Positions 8,971 to 17,508 of a DNA stretch of 29,322 bases are shown here, piece by piece; position 1 is the first letter of the stretch; each line of letters begins with the position of its first letter. The notes below the pieces were generated by a model, which searched no databases, was not told where the DNA came from, and worked only from the letters and a program-made list of their open reading frames with translations. Origin of the DNA: a virus (Duplodnaviria; Caudoviricetes); IMG/VR virus record IMGVR_UViG_3300048895_000026, positions 1 to 29,322 of that record. One strand, written 5' to 3'. The translations under genes were made by a program, and so were the position numbers.

Positions 8971-9647
8971 GATACGCTAGCTATTGCCTCCCAGAAAAAC
9001 CCTCGAAAATCGGTTCCGCTTCCTATCAAATTCCAATCAAATTTTGTAGTACTTGAAGAACTATTTTTATAAGCCAATGTAACTTTATCGGTTGAACCTG
9101 AAGCGGAAACGACTAATGTTAATTGCAAATTAAACAATGTATTTATTGTTATAGGCCATTTAACCGTTCCACTGCTTGACATACCGGAACTAGTAAATCT
9201 GCCATACATTTTAACTAATCCTGGAGATTGGCCCGGCAAGAAAGTCCATCCTGCGGAAAAGGCTGTACCTGCTGTCGGGGGCCCAGCTTGAGGAGTGTAA
9301 TCTTGAACTAAAGTTCCAAATGTTGCAAACTGGGAGGCTAAAACCCTCGTCAATTGATATTCATTACCTGAAACATCAGGGCTATAAAAAAGCTGGCTTT
9401 CTGGTATTGCATTAGATTTAGTATATAAAGTCCCCTCGCCCAAAATTAGAGGCGGAACTGGGGCAACTCCTACAGGATTGGTATTTAGCAATTCAACAAA
9501 TTTATGTTTCCCTGCATTTGTGACCACTGAAAAATTAACGTGGTTCCTTCCAAAGCTATTATCTGCCGCTGTGAAATTGTTCTTTATATCGCCTTGGCTA
9601 TCGCTTAGAAAATCACCAGGCAAAGGAATCGATGGGTCATATGTCAT
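8967..9647 (-). CDS. Tail fibre-like protein
   Basis: C-terminal GWTFLPG..GLVKMYG...GTVKWPI resembles the common LPxGLIxQWG...VTFP fibre tip domain. Confidence 0.55.
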   Translation of the reverse strand: MTYDPSIPLPGDFLSDSQGDIKNNFTAADNSFGRNHVNFSVVTNAGKHKFVELLNTNPVGVAPVPPLILGEGTLYTKSNAIPESQLFYSPDVSGNEYQLTRVLASQFATFGTLVQDYTPQAGPPTAGTAFSAGWTFLPGQSPGLVKMYGRFTSSGMSSSGTVKWPITINTLFNLQLTLVVSASGSTDKVTLAYKNSSSSTTKFDWNLIGSGTDFRGFFWEAIASVS

Positions 9648-9649
9648 TG

Positions 9650-11944
9650 TTAAACTCCTACGGGCAATTGTCGCCCTGCTTTACGCATAAATAAAATCTG
9701 CCCTTCAATCTCTACATGATTGCCTTGTTCCACGCCCACAAGTTGAGCATTTGAAAGCGTCCATTCAATCGTTATGAATGCTCCCCTTGCTGGACAAATG
9801 ACACGCTGCCAATTCTTACTAGAGGTTAGACTGCTTAATTGAACGGTTGGCACGACTGAATTAAAAAATACATCTTCTTGATTTGTGGTTGATCCTTCAA
9901 TCAGGTTCTGAAACTTTCGGTTTACTGGGGCTGTATCGTTATAATCCACATATACATTAAGCGTAAAAGCTCCGTTTTCTGTAGAATTAGTAAGGACGTC
10001 GATGAAGCCAATCTGGATATTTTCGGCCTCTTGAAGATAATTAAACTTCTTGCTGATTATACTAAACCCATCTCGTATGGCGATTCTTCCAATGCTTGCA
10101 TAAGTTCCGGCAGCAACAGGAATGGGAATATCAAAATCATCTGTAGAGGAATTATAGAGATAGATATCAAACGTATCTTTATCGACGATAACTACTCCAT
10201 ATTTTTGATTATTGATAGAAAAGAAGGGGTCAATAGGAGATATTCGGCCAATTTCTATCACTTCATCATTAGCTAGATTATGATCATTGCTTGTAATTCT
10301 AACCGTTGCAAGACCGCCAGTAATATTTTGTATCGCTAAGGTATATGAGTTAGATGTTTGCCAATCTAACAGAAAAACAAATCCCTGTTGATTACCGCCA
10401 ATATTATCCGGTTGACCTGCTTGTCTTTGAAGCCATGTAATGCTTTGAGTTTCCCATGTATGCGCTGGGTCTGGACCGGGAAAATCTGACCATTTAGGGC
10501 TTTTCGTTTGAGTAAACTGACCTAATGCGGTGATCGAATCCGTAAATATTGCCCAGCTATCATTTTCATAGTTATATAGCAGTCTTCTATTAGGAAAAGT
10601 AATTGGATATGGAATATCTTCAGGAGATCCCACAAAGGGGTAGTTCCAAAATGCTAACTTTTCTTGGAAGTCTCTAAGGCCTTGGATTCTTTTAGGGCCT
10701 GCATTTTCATTGTTGAAATTGAAAACAAGATCAGGAATTTTAATATCAATACGTTGGCTCTTAAAGCTATCACATTCAATAATCCCCTTATCACCAACGC
10801 CCATCAAAGACGTATCAAATTGTACAGCGCTAAAGGTGCTTTCAACACCAAGTTCACTATTTACACGTTCAATTTGAAAAGGGGCAATAGATCTCCCTGT
10901 ATATCGAAGTTGCCATGTGCTACTTTCACAATAGATGACAACGTTGTCTCTGACAAAACCCATTGAAACAATGTTTTCGGATGTCGGGATGTCAAGAAAT
11001 CCCCCTCGTCCTCTTATGTCACTTCTCCAAGCTTCTGGATTAACGTTATTAACAATGCCGCTTATATCTGAAAAAGGATTTCCAATTGCAGCCCATCGTA
11101 TGCGTTGGCGGTATTGAACGAATGGCCCGGCGACAGGCCCTTCAAATGTATTGGCTGTAACCATGCGCCCTCTGAAAGGGAACATAAGTAACGCTTTTCT
11201 AAGTATATCTCCTGCTATATTAATTGTAGGCGCAAAGTTTACCCAAGCTATTCCATTCGTATATCTAATAGGATCATTGGCCGAAAAGTTAGTAACCCAG
11301 AAGATTTTTAGATTTCCATCTCCTACCCAGTAATTAGTAGTCCAAAAGAAATCAGAATTTGTGCCGGTCCATGTCGTTCCTGTAATAAACTCTTGCCATC
11401 CGTTAAGATACTTGTAAGCATAAACAGGATCAAAGGCTATGGTGTCTTCTGCATTGATTGCATCGAGTTCACGCATCGTCAAATTCATTACAGGCAGGCC
11501 AGGAAAATAATTAAAGCTTATGGTTGAAGCTATTAGCCCCAGAACTACAATTGATACATCGCCAGTTTGATAATTGATTGTGCCATTAAAACCTGCTGGG
11601 GATTTGACCAAAATACCCTGACCATTATCAGTAAAAGTAGTGGGGCCTACCGTGATTACAACGCTTCCGGCTTCTATTTCTGCTGTTGGTTGATGAGTCG
11701 TGCCTGTAATAGTATAAATATTAAATGCCCAAGTGCCAGCAACAGAATTTCCAATTGCTATATCTGTAAATATCCTTCTTAATCTACCAAGCTCTCCAAA
11801 CCCTTGTTTTCGCTTAATCCTTTCACGCCAAACAAAGGCATTTTCTAAAGTAGGATATGCATCATTTGGGAGGATTGATTCTACTCTTCCTTGAACAAGG
11901 CCCGTTTCACTGCCAGAAATGTAGGTCGGCTGATAACCTGCCAT
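9650..11944 (-). CDS. Tail tubular/nozzle (DNA stabilisation) protein, P22 gp10/T7 gp12-like role
   Basis: About 764 aa, beta-propeller-like (RIRWAAIGNP...W, GGFLDIPTSENIV); follows the adaptor gene; ATG at 11944. Confidence 0.65.
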   Translation of the reverse strand: MAGYQPTYISGSETGLVQGRVESILPNDAYPTLENAFVWRERIKRKQGFGELGRLRRIFTDIAIGNSVAGTWAFNIYTITGTTHQPTAEIEAGSVVITVGPTTFTDNGQGILVKSPAGFNGTINYQTGDVSIVVLGLIASTISFNYFPGLPVMNLTMRELDAINAEDTIAFDPVYAYKYLNGWQEFITGTTWTGTNSDFFWTTNYWVGDGNLKIFWVTNFSANDPIRYTNGIAWVNFAPTINIAGDILRKALLMFPFRGRMVTANTFEGPVAGPFVQYRQRIRWAAIGNPFSDISGIVNNVNPEAWRSDIRGRGGFLDIPTSENIVSMGFVRDNVVIYCESSTWQLRYTGRSIAPFQIERVNSELGVESTFSAVQFDTSLMGVGDKGIIECDSFKSQRIDIKIPDLVFNFNNENAGPKRIQGLRDFQEKLAFWNYPFVGSPEDIPYPITFPNRRLLYNYENDSWAIFTDSITALGQFTQTKSPKWSDFPGPDPAHTWETQSITWLQRQAGQPDNIGGNQQGFVFLLDWQTSNSYTLAIQNITGGLATVRITSNDHNLANDEVIEIGRISPIDPFFSINNQKYGVVIVDKDTFDIYLYNSSTDDFDIPIPVAAGTYASIGRIAIRDGFSIISKKFNYLQEAENIQIGFIDVLTNSTENGAFTLNVYVDYNDTAPVNRKFQNLIEGSTTNQEDVFFNSVVPTVQLSSLTSSKNWQRVICPARGAFITIEWTLSNAQLVGVEQGNHVEIEGQILFMRKAGRQLPVGV

Positions 11945-13242
11945 CAATAACCACCATATCCACCAGGATAACCACCGAACACGGAGTACCCTTGCGTAGA
12001 ATTGAATAGTTGTATATTAGGCTGAAAGATTTCTTCTATTCCCTGACGTTCTAAAACTAAAGACTCTTGACGCATGAATCCTTCTCTAAGCCCTTCAACC
12101 CCATCAAAATCATTACGATCTCTAAGGATCTCCATCGCAGCGATATAAGCTAAATATTGTGCCCATTGGTTTAATATTGGGCTATCTGTAGAGTCATAGA
12201 ATTGTACTGGGGTTAGATATGTCTCTATCTCGACCTTGTGGATTTTTTTAGGAATAGGTCTAATCGTAAACTCATTATTCCAGAAAAGTAGCGCATAAGG
12301 CTTGCCGGGTTGATATTGTGCCACTCGAATTGTTAGCAATGTTCCAGCTGCTAGAGTATTATTTTCAGGCAATGTAAAGTTAAATTGACCTGTGACGTAA
12401 TCCACGCTTCCAATATTTACCGGATTAATTAAGCCTGGGTTCCTGGTATTTACATTATACATGCCAGGACGTGCAGGATTAATATTTTGCACAGGTACTG
12501 ATACAATTGGGTGAGTGGTCATGTATTGAAGATTGCCATTTCCATCATCATTGACAGAGATTGCAAAACCACTGCTATCTACTCCACCTATAGTAACTTC
12601 CTTGCTTAAAAATGGCCCTGGCAAAGTAAAAATGAAAGTTCTATTTGTATTAGCAAACCATGAGCCACCAGAAATGTAGGGCGTAAATAGAGAAGAATCG
12701 GAACCATTTAGATCAAAGTTATCGTCATCAATCTTTGTAACGATCCAATCAGTCCCATTAAGTTCAATTGTACCAAGAAAATCACTGTTAAATGTGATTG
12801 CATCGCCAGTGATTAGTCCATGATTTGAATCTAATATTCTTACTGGGCTTGTACCTATAAGAATTACGTTAGAAACTTCTCCTGTAACGGTAGTAGCTCC
12901 CATTTGAAACTGAGTCGGCCATCTAGGCCAGATATTATAAAATTGATCTCTAAGCTTAAAAAATCCCCCTGGAATGCCATCGACATAAAGAGGGGCTCTA
13001 ACTCCCTGATTAAAGTTTACATCTAAAGGGTAACGATCTCTATAAGGCTCAGTGTAAAACGTGTACACTGAGCGCATTTGATCAAGCTTAATCGCATAAG
13101 GAAAGTCATTAAGAAGAGCATTATTTAAATACTCATCAAGCAAAGCATCAGGCAAAATCGAAACGCTAGAAGATGCGGTCAATCGCCTAATCTTCTTTCG
13201 CATAAACGTTACTGTGGAGTCTCCCGGTGCTACTGCTGACAT
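11944..13242 (-). CDS. Head-tail adaptor (tail tubular A-like) with inserted beta domains
   Basis: Helical N-terminus (MRKKIRRLT...LDEYLN) and C-terminus (WAQYLAYIAAMEIL) typical of adaptors; synteny. Confidence 0.6.
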   Translation of the reverse strand: MSAVAPGDSTVTFMRKKIRRLTASSSVSILPDALLDEYLNNALLNDFPYAIKLDQMRSVYTFYTEPYRDRYPLDVNFNQGVRAPLYVDGIPGGFFKLRDQFYNIWPRWPTQFQMGATTVTGEVSNVILIGTSPVRILDSNHGLITGDAITFNSDFLGTIELNGTDWIVTKIDDDNFDLNGSDSSLFTPYISGGSWFANTNRTFIFTLPGPFLSKEVTIGGVDSSGFAISVNDDGNGNLQYMTTHPIVSVPVQNINPARPGMYNVNTRNPGLINPVNIGSVDYVTGQFNFTLPENNTLAAGTLLTIRVAQYQPGKPYALLFWNNEFTIRPIPKKIHKVEIETYLTPVQFYDSTDSPILNQWAQYLAYIAAMEILRDRNDFDGVEGLREGFMRQESLVLERQGIEEIFQPNIQLFNSTQGYSVFGGYPGGYGGY

Positions 13243-13251
13243 ATAAATACC

Positions 13252-13680
13252 TTAAAATGATACTGGAATCAATTTATGCAAAAATTCGCCTTTCTCATCT
13301 TTCTCTAGTGGTGATTCATTCTTATTTACAGGGGCGCCATCAACGCTAACAAGTCCGCTGCGCTTTGGGATATACTTCGATTCGTCATTGACTTCTTTGA
13401 TAAAACCCATAGGTAGCTCATAGACTTTACCGGGGATCAAATGCCAGATCTGTAGCGGATCGCCTGCATATCTGCAATAAGGTTTAGTCAAACGCTCATG
13501 ACGACCACGGGAATTAAAATATTCAGCTTTGACCATGCGAGCATCTTCTTTCTTCTCTTTCTCTAGTTTTGCTTTGATGTCCGGCTTCATATGTTTAAAG
13601 TCGTTGTTTTCACAGGAGTTAGTCAGTGTATTGATAAGCCCGTGTAGCTCGCCTGAAGCTGTAGCTTGTAGTAGTTCCAT
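13252..13680 (-). CDS. Hypothetical protein in the morphogenesis operon
   Basis: Likely start MELLQAT at 13680 (AGGA SD). Confidence 0.55.
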   Translation of the reverse strand: MELLQATASGELHGLINTLTNSCENNDFKHMKPDIKAKLEKEKKEDARMVKAEYFNSRGRHERLTKPYCRYAGDPLQIWHLIPGKVYELPMGFIKEVNDESKYIPKRSGLVSVDGAPVNKNESPLEKDEKGEFLHKLIPVSF

Positions 13681-13693
13681 GTATTTTCCTGGG

Positions 13694-14095
13694 TTAATTG
13701 CCAATATTGTTTAGGGACTGGAAAGGGACATTATTTGTATTATTATCAAACTCTAGATTCCTAGAGCCATAAGGGGCTATCGTTGCAACCTGATAGTTGT
13801 TGCCTGTAGGGATTACAAAGGAGTCAAATTGTCTAGAGTCTATATCTAGTGTTATGTCATTGACATTGACCGACAAGATAGAGGCTATTAAATTATTAGC
13901 CTGGAACATCCCATAAGTTATGGGAACCATCAAGCGAACTAATTGCTCTGCTTGAAAGCTATTCACTTCCGTTGCTGGGTTAACTGATACCGTTATCATC
14001 ATCGGATAGGCGTTTGTCGCTGCTATCAACGTGAGTGAGCTAGGTATCTGAATAACGCCCGGCAAATATGTATTACGGTAATTAGGTATGGTCAT
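13694..14095 (-). CDS. Small virion protein with one beta-barrel (E1-FCCH-like) module
   Basis: VRLMVPITYGMFQAN...ITLDIDSRQFDSF is similar to the second repeat of 14158..15180. Confidence 0.55.
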   Translation of the reverse strand: MTIPNYRNTYLPGVIQIPSSLTLIAATNAYPMMITVSVNPATEVNSFQAEQLVRLMVPITYGMFQANNLIASILSVNVNDITLDIDSRQFDSFVIPTGNNYQVATIAPYGSRNLEFDNNTNNVPFQSLNNIGN

Positions 14096-14108
14096 CTTAG
14101 CCTATATT

Positions 14109-14144
14109 AAAAAACCATACCGAGTTTTTAATTCGGTATGGTTT
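14109..14144 (-). terminator. Rho-independent terminator after the capsid and decoration genes
   Basis: Minus strand AAACCATACCGAA-loop-CTCGGTATGG followed by T6. Confidence 0.8.
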
Positions 14145-14157
14145 AAACCCGTGAGGT

Positions 14158-15180
14158 TTAATTTTCGAGCTTGTAGGCCATCCAGTTAATTTGGTCCAAA
14201 TTTGCCCCTGCAGGCGATTGAGCGCCCCCAGCGAGGAACATATAAGGAACGAAATTGCCGCTGTGAAATGGCTGCACCTGAAAGTTATACCCAGTTTCAA
14301 CTAGCGTGATCGGATCTTTCGCAGTCTTAGCGCCGGCAGGTGCAATAGTCGCAAATAGTTGCGCTGTTGGACTTGATGCTGAAGTTGGAAATGCGAATGC
14401 TGTGAATGCTGTAGTATCAATATCTACTGTCATTGTGTAGTTAGCAGCAGACATTGCAGTGATCGTACCAGTCAATTGATTGATTTGAGTCATACCAAAG
14501 GACGCTGGAACACTGAAATGCACTTTCATGCCGACGACATAATAGTTAGTAGGATCAACTGAAGTACGCACAACCGCTTGAGTTGCTTGAGTAATCTCAG
14601 TGACATAAAGAAACTGAGGATCAACAGCAGCAAACTTAGAAATACGTCGAGTAAATCCAGCAGTTGCAGCAGCAGCAAAACCAGCAGCTCTAAGACCAAT
14701 CAAAGTATAAGTTGAACCTGAAACGCTAGAAATCTGGAAATTCATTCCTGAAATCTGAAGCATTCCTGTAGTGCCGTAAAACTGAATAATATCATCATTT
14801 GAGTATGTATTAGTCTGTGAGACAACAGCAGGACTTGCAGCGGTAATAGCTGTGATAGCATTAGCAGCTTGCGCTTCAACAACTGGAGCTGATTCAATAT
14901 AAGTAAACCCGTTAGATGCTGTAGCAGTACTAAAAGTATCAATATTGATCGCATTCGTTGAATTTGTCTTTTTCCAACGGATACCATCATTGACAGCACT
15001 TGCGCCTAGTCCGAACTTTTTACCGAACCATTCTGCTTGAACTACTACTCCTGTAGCAGGTGCTAGAGGCATTTGTGTCATATTCCATGTATGGAAATAG
15101 TCGGCAGAAGAGGGAAGATTAATCTTTACTCCTGCACCTGTTGAGGTGAATGAACCACCTGTGATAATCGTAAAAGCCAT
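14158..15180 (-). CDS. Abundant virion protein (possible capsid decoration) with two beta-barrel repeats
   Basis: Between the MCP and the terminator, AAGGAG SD; repeats AITAITAASPAVV...GMLQI and VTEITQATQAVV...GMTQI. Confidence 0.6.
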   Translation of the reverse strand: MAFTIITGGSFTSTGAGVKINLPSSADYFHTWNMTQMPLAPATGVVVQAEWFGKKFGLGASAVNDGIRWKKTNSTNAINIDTFSTATASNGFTYIESAPVVEAQAANAITAITAASPAVVSQTNTYSNDDIIQFYGTTGMLQISGMNFQISSVSGSTYTLIGLRAAGFAAAATAGFTRRISKFAAVDPQFLYVTEITQATQAVVRTSVDPTNYYVVGMKVHFSVPASFGMTQINQLTGTITAMSAANYTMTVDIDTTAFTAFAFPTSASSPTAQLFATIAPAGAKTAKDPITLVETGYNFQVQPFHSGNFVPYMFLAGGAQSPAGANLDQINWMAYKLEN

Positions 15181-15194
15181 AACAAAACTCCTTC

Positions 15195-16163
15195 TTAGCT
15201 TGGGCTAAATGTTGTAGCGTTTAGTCCTGAGATCCAGTTTTGGTTTGTAATCGCACGAGCGATAGCAAACTTAGCATACAACTGGCTATTCTGTGCTACG
15301 TTAGAGACTACCCAAGGTGGACGGTATCCAATAACAGCGGTGTAGTTGTTCTGCTCAATCTTGGCAGCAGCTTCAAGGCCGTACATAGGAATAGTGTAAA
15401 CAGTTCTTCCGAGTGTAGAAATGCCAGGAGTTTTTGCGCCTTTAGATGATACAAAGAAGCGGAAACGGCTAATAGAGCAATACTCCTCAGGGCGTAAGCC
15501 TGCTTGTGAAGGATATGCGTTCTTAAGAAGAACTCCTTGCACTTTCTGAAGGTCATTTGTCAAATTAGTCGAAGCAAGAGCGATAAAGGCGTCTCTTGTC
15601 GGGCCGGTCGAAAACTTATCCATAGCATCGATAGATACAAGCATTGTGCGTGCATCATTGCCGAGCAGGATAGTTTCAATGTTATTGACATCGTTAAGAG
15701 AGATATTGCTTGGTTGATCTCCGTTAGTTCCACCTGTACAGTTAATGTACGATACAGAGGAGCTGAAAAGATCGCGCATTAGCAAGTCTTCTTTCTCACG
15801 AAGCCATTGACCAAGAAGAGCTGTAAATTTGGTTAACGTTTTGGAATTCTCATAAAGAATAACTTGTTCGTTAGTAGTAATAGATTTAGCATAGATTTCC
15901 ATTGTTGCATCAATGTCAGTTCTTTGGGGGACCTCAGAAGCGGGGTCTAGGCCACTTCCATCGAGTTGACCGCCATCGGTAGATAGACGTTCAAAACGGG
16001 ACATTCTTGTAGTCTTACCGATATAGCTTTCAGCGTGATGTAGATCTACACCGAAAGAGTGGATAAGGTTGAACATCGGGGTACTTAACAGGTCCTCCGC
16101 TGCTTGCACAGGCAATTCTGGAGCCATATTGTAGGTATTTGTGATACCTGTAGGAAATGACAT
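15195..16163 (-). CDS. Major capsid protein (N4 gp56-like)
   Basis: 322 aa from ATG 16163 (AAGGAG SD); GKTTRMSRFERL, LGQWLREKEDLLMRD, EYCSISRFRF motifs; synteny. Confidence 0.8.
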   Translation of the reverse strand: MSFPTGITNTYNMAPELPVQAAEDLLSTPMFNLIHSFGVDLHHAESYIGKTTRMSRFERLSTDGGQLDGSGLDPASEVPQRTDIDATMEIYAKSITTNEQVILYENSKTLTKFTALLGQWLREKEDLLMRDLFSSSVSYINCTGGTNGDQPSNISLNDVNNIETILLGNDARTMLVSIDAMDKFSTGPTRDAFIALASTNLTNDLQKVQGVLLKNAYPSQAGLRPEEYCSISRFRFFVSSKGAKTPGISTLGRTVYTIPMYGLEAAAKIEQNNYTAVIGYRPPWVVSNVAQNSQLYAKFAIARAITNQNWISGLNATTFSPS

Positions 16164-16194
16164 GATTAACTCCTTGTCATGTGTATATAAAACC

Positions 16195-16271
16195 AATGGG
16201 TGCGAACCATTTATTCTGCATACGATGACGAGTCGTTAATCAGTCTGAGCTAGCGAAACTCGAGGATCAGC
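16195..16271 (-). promoter_or_regulatory. Three-unit hairpin array in the capsid 5' leader
   Basis: GAGT-TTCGCTA-GCTC, ACGA-CTCGTCA-TCGT and AATGG-TTCGCAC-CCATT, each preceded by (G/A)C(T/A)GA, period about 26 nt. Confidence 0.65.
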
Positions 16272-16278
16272 TAAAATC

Positions 16279-16307
16279 AAGATATGATTATGGACATTAA
16301 TTGTCTA
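16279..16307 (-). promoter_or_regulatory. Possible sigma70-type promoter for the capsid gene
   Basis: TAGACA-17 nt-TATCTT just upstream of the hairpin array. Confidence 0.4.
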
Positions 16308-16895
16308 ATTTATTTTATAGTCTTCATACTCCTTTAAGAAATCTAACGCCCATTTTAATTTATCCTCTACTCGCTGCCCGGCAGGTTGCGAGGTGGACCA
16401 TAATTCTAAGTTTTCAATCCTATTGTCATCTTTGATTCCGTTCTTATGGTGAACATTTTCACCCTTATTTAAGGGTCTTCCTAAATGTTTTGACATAACA
16501 AATGTATGCTCATAGATTCTCCCTCTTTTCTGAGCATTAGGATGGTCAACTTTATTAATGTAAACATATCCATGTGGATCTCTATGCCCGCTTCCGTTTG
16601 GTGCCTTAAATTTTTTAGGGATATTCAGATCAATATTATTTTCAATCCTGTAATCAGTAAATTTTTTATGATTTAAAATCTTTCTATAACATACATGTGA
16701 GCAAAATTTTGCTTTCCATTTTTTACTGAAATAATCAACCCCACAGCATTCACATTTTTTTTTAAAATGATCTGGCGTTATAGTCCCATACTTTTTTAAT
16801 AATCCATAACACGCATAACAGCAATTCTTTGAAGTGCTTCCCGTGTATTCTTTAAGACAATGTTGACATGTTTTTTTCTTGATATTCTCTGACAT
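16305..16895 (-). CDS. HNH endonuclease with two N-terminal Cys-rich Zn-binding repeats
   Basis: YEHTFVM...LGRPL..GENVHHKNGIKDDNRIENLELW; two CxxC...CxxxC-type units. Confidence 0.9.
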   Translation of the reverse strand: MSENIKKKTCQHCLKEYTGSTSKNCCYACYGLLKKYGTITPDHFKKKCECCGVDYFSKKWKAKFCSHVCYRKILNHKKFTDYRIENNIDLNIPKKFKAPNGSGHRDPHGYVYINKVDHPNAQKRGRIYEHTFVMSKHLGRPLNKGENVHHKNGIKDDNRIENLELWSTSQPAGQRVEDKLKWALDFLKEYEDYKIN

Positions 16896-16924
16896 AAACC
16901 ACCTGCGTTTAACCTAATTGAAAA

Positions 16925-16975
16925 GAATACGTCAGCTGCTAGGTAACAGTTTTCGGATGCCTCCTAGACGTATTC
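16925..16975 (-). ncRNA. Structured leader RNA element, copy A (three-way junction)
   Basis: GAAUACGUC-UA-GGA GGCA UCC-GAAAA-CUGU UACCUA GCAG-CU-GACGUAUUC; co-varies with copy B. Confidence 0.7.
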
Positions 16976-16983
16976 GAAATTGA

Positions 16984-17190
16984 CTATTTTGTTTTTTTGT
17001 CCAATTGATATTCCAAAATCTTTATTTTCAAACTCATATCTCTTTTTTCTTTTTGAAGCTTATAGAGATCGTCGGCAATATATTCTTTGTTCCTTATGCA
17101 TTTAGCCCATCCTTGATAATTGTAATAACAGCCAAATGCCAGAAAGATACATGCAACGATTAAATATAGGTTGAATATTTCGTTTTTCAT
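16984..17190 (-). CDS. Small membrane protein (N-terminal TM helix plus coiled coil)
   Basis: LYLIVACIFLAFGCYY hydrophobic stretch; ATGA overlap with the upstream gene. Confidence 0.6.
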   Translation of the reverse strand: MKNEIFNLYLIVACIFLAFGCYYNYQGWAKCIRNKEYIADDLYKLQKEKRDMSLKIKILEYQLDKKTK

Positions 17191-17390
17191 TTTTTCCCTT
17201 CCTTAATTAGCTGCAAAAACTCTGAATGTAATTGATCGGCCCTTGCATTCACTGCATTTATACTCTGCACATTAGATATGATCATAGTGATAAGGATAGC
17301 TGCAATCGCTAAGTTTACACCCACAATTGCTAGAGTATCTGCATGTGATCGAAAGAAATTAGGGCGATGATAATTCTTGTTTCTTGACAT
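17187..17390 (-). CDS. Small membrane protein (TM plus coiled coil), paralogue of 24161..24334
   Basis: DTLAIVGVNLAIAAILITMII...ARADQLHSEFLQLIKEGKK; GAGG SD. Confidence 0.7.
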   Translation of the reverse strand: MSRNKNYHRPNFFRSHADTLAIVGVNLAIAAILITMIISNVQSINAVNARADQLHSEFLQLIKEGKK

Positions 17391-17420
17391 AGTAACCTCT
17401 GTAGTTAATCTGAATGAAAG

Positions 17421-17471
17421 AATACATCAGGCTGTCAGAGGCAGCTTTTCGGAAGCGATCCTAGATGTATT
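17421..17471 (-). ncRNA. Structured leader RNA element, copy B (three-way junction)
   Basis: AAUACAUC-UA-GGA UCGCU UCC-GAAAA-GCUG CCUCUGA CAGC-CU-GAUGUAUU. Confidence 0.7.
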
Positions 17472-17479
17472 GAATAAGT

Positions 17480-17508
17480 AGCATAACCTATCTTCGGATT
17501 TAATTCAA
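17480..17508 (-). promoter_or_regulatory. Sigma70-type promoter immediately upstream of RNA element B
   Basis: TTGAAT-17 nt-TATGCT; predicted +1 falls a few nt before stem P1. Confidence 0.55.

Noticed and set aside
16195-16271. Mini-CRISPR interpretation of the capsid-leader repeats
   Set aside because: No identical repeats or unique spacers, period too short, and no cas genes.
16925-17471. Hammerhead ribozyme reading of the RNA elements (they contain GAAA and CUGA)
   Set aside because: The order and context are wrong: there is no CUGANGA before stem II, and the GA of CUGA is paired in P1. They also lack a tRNA cloverleaf.
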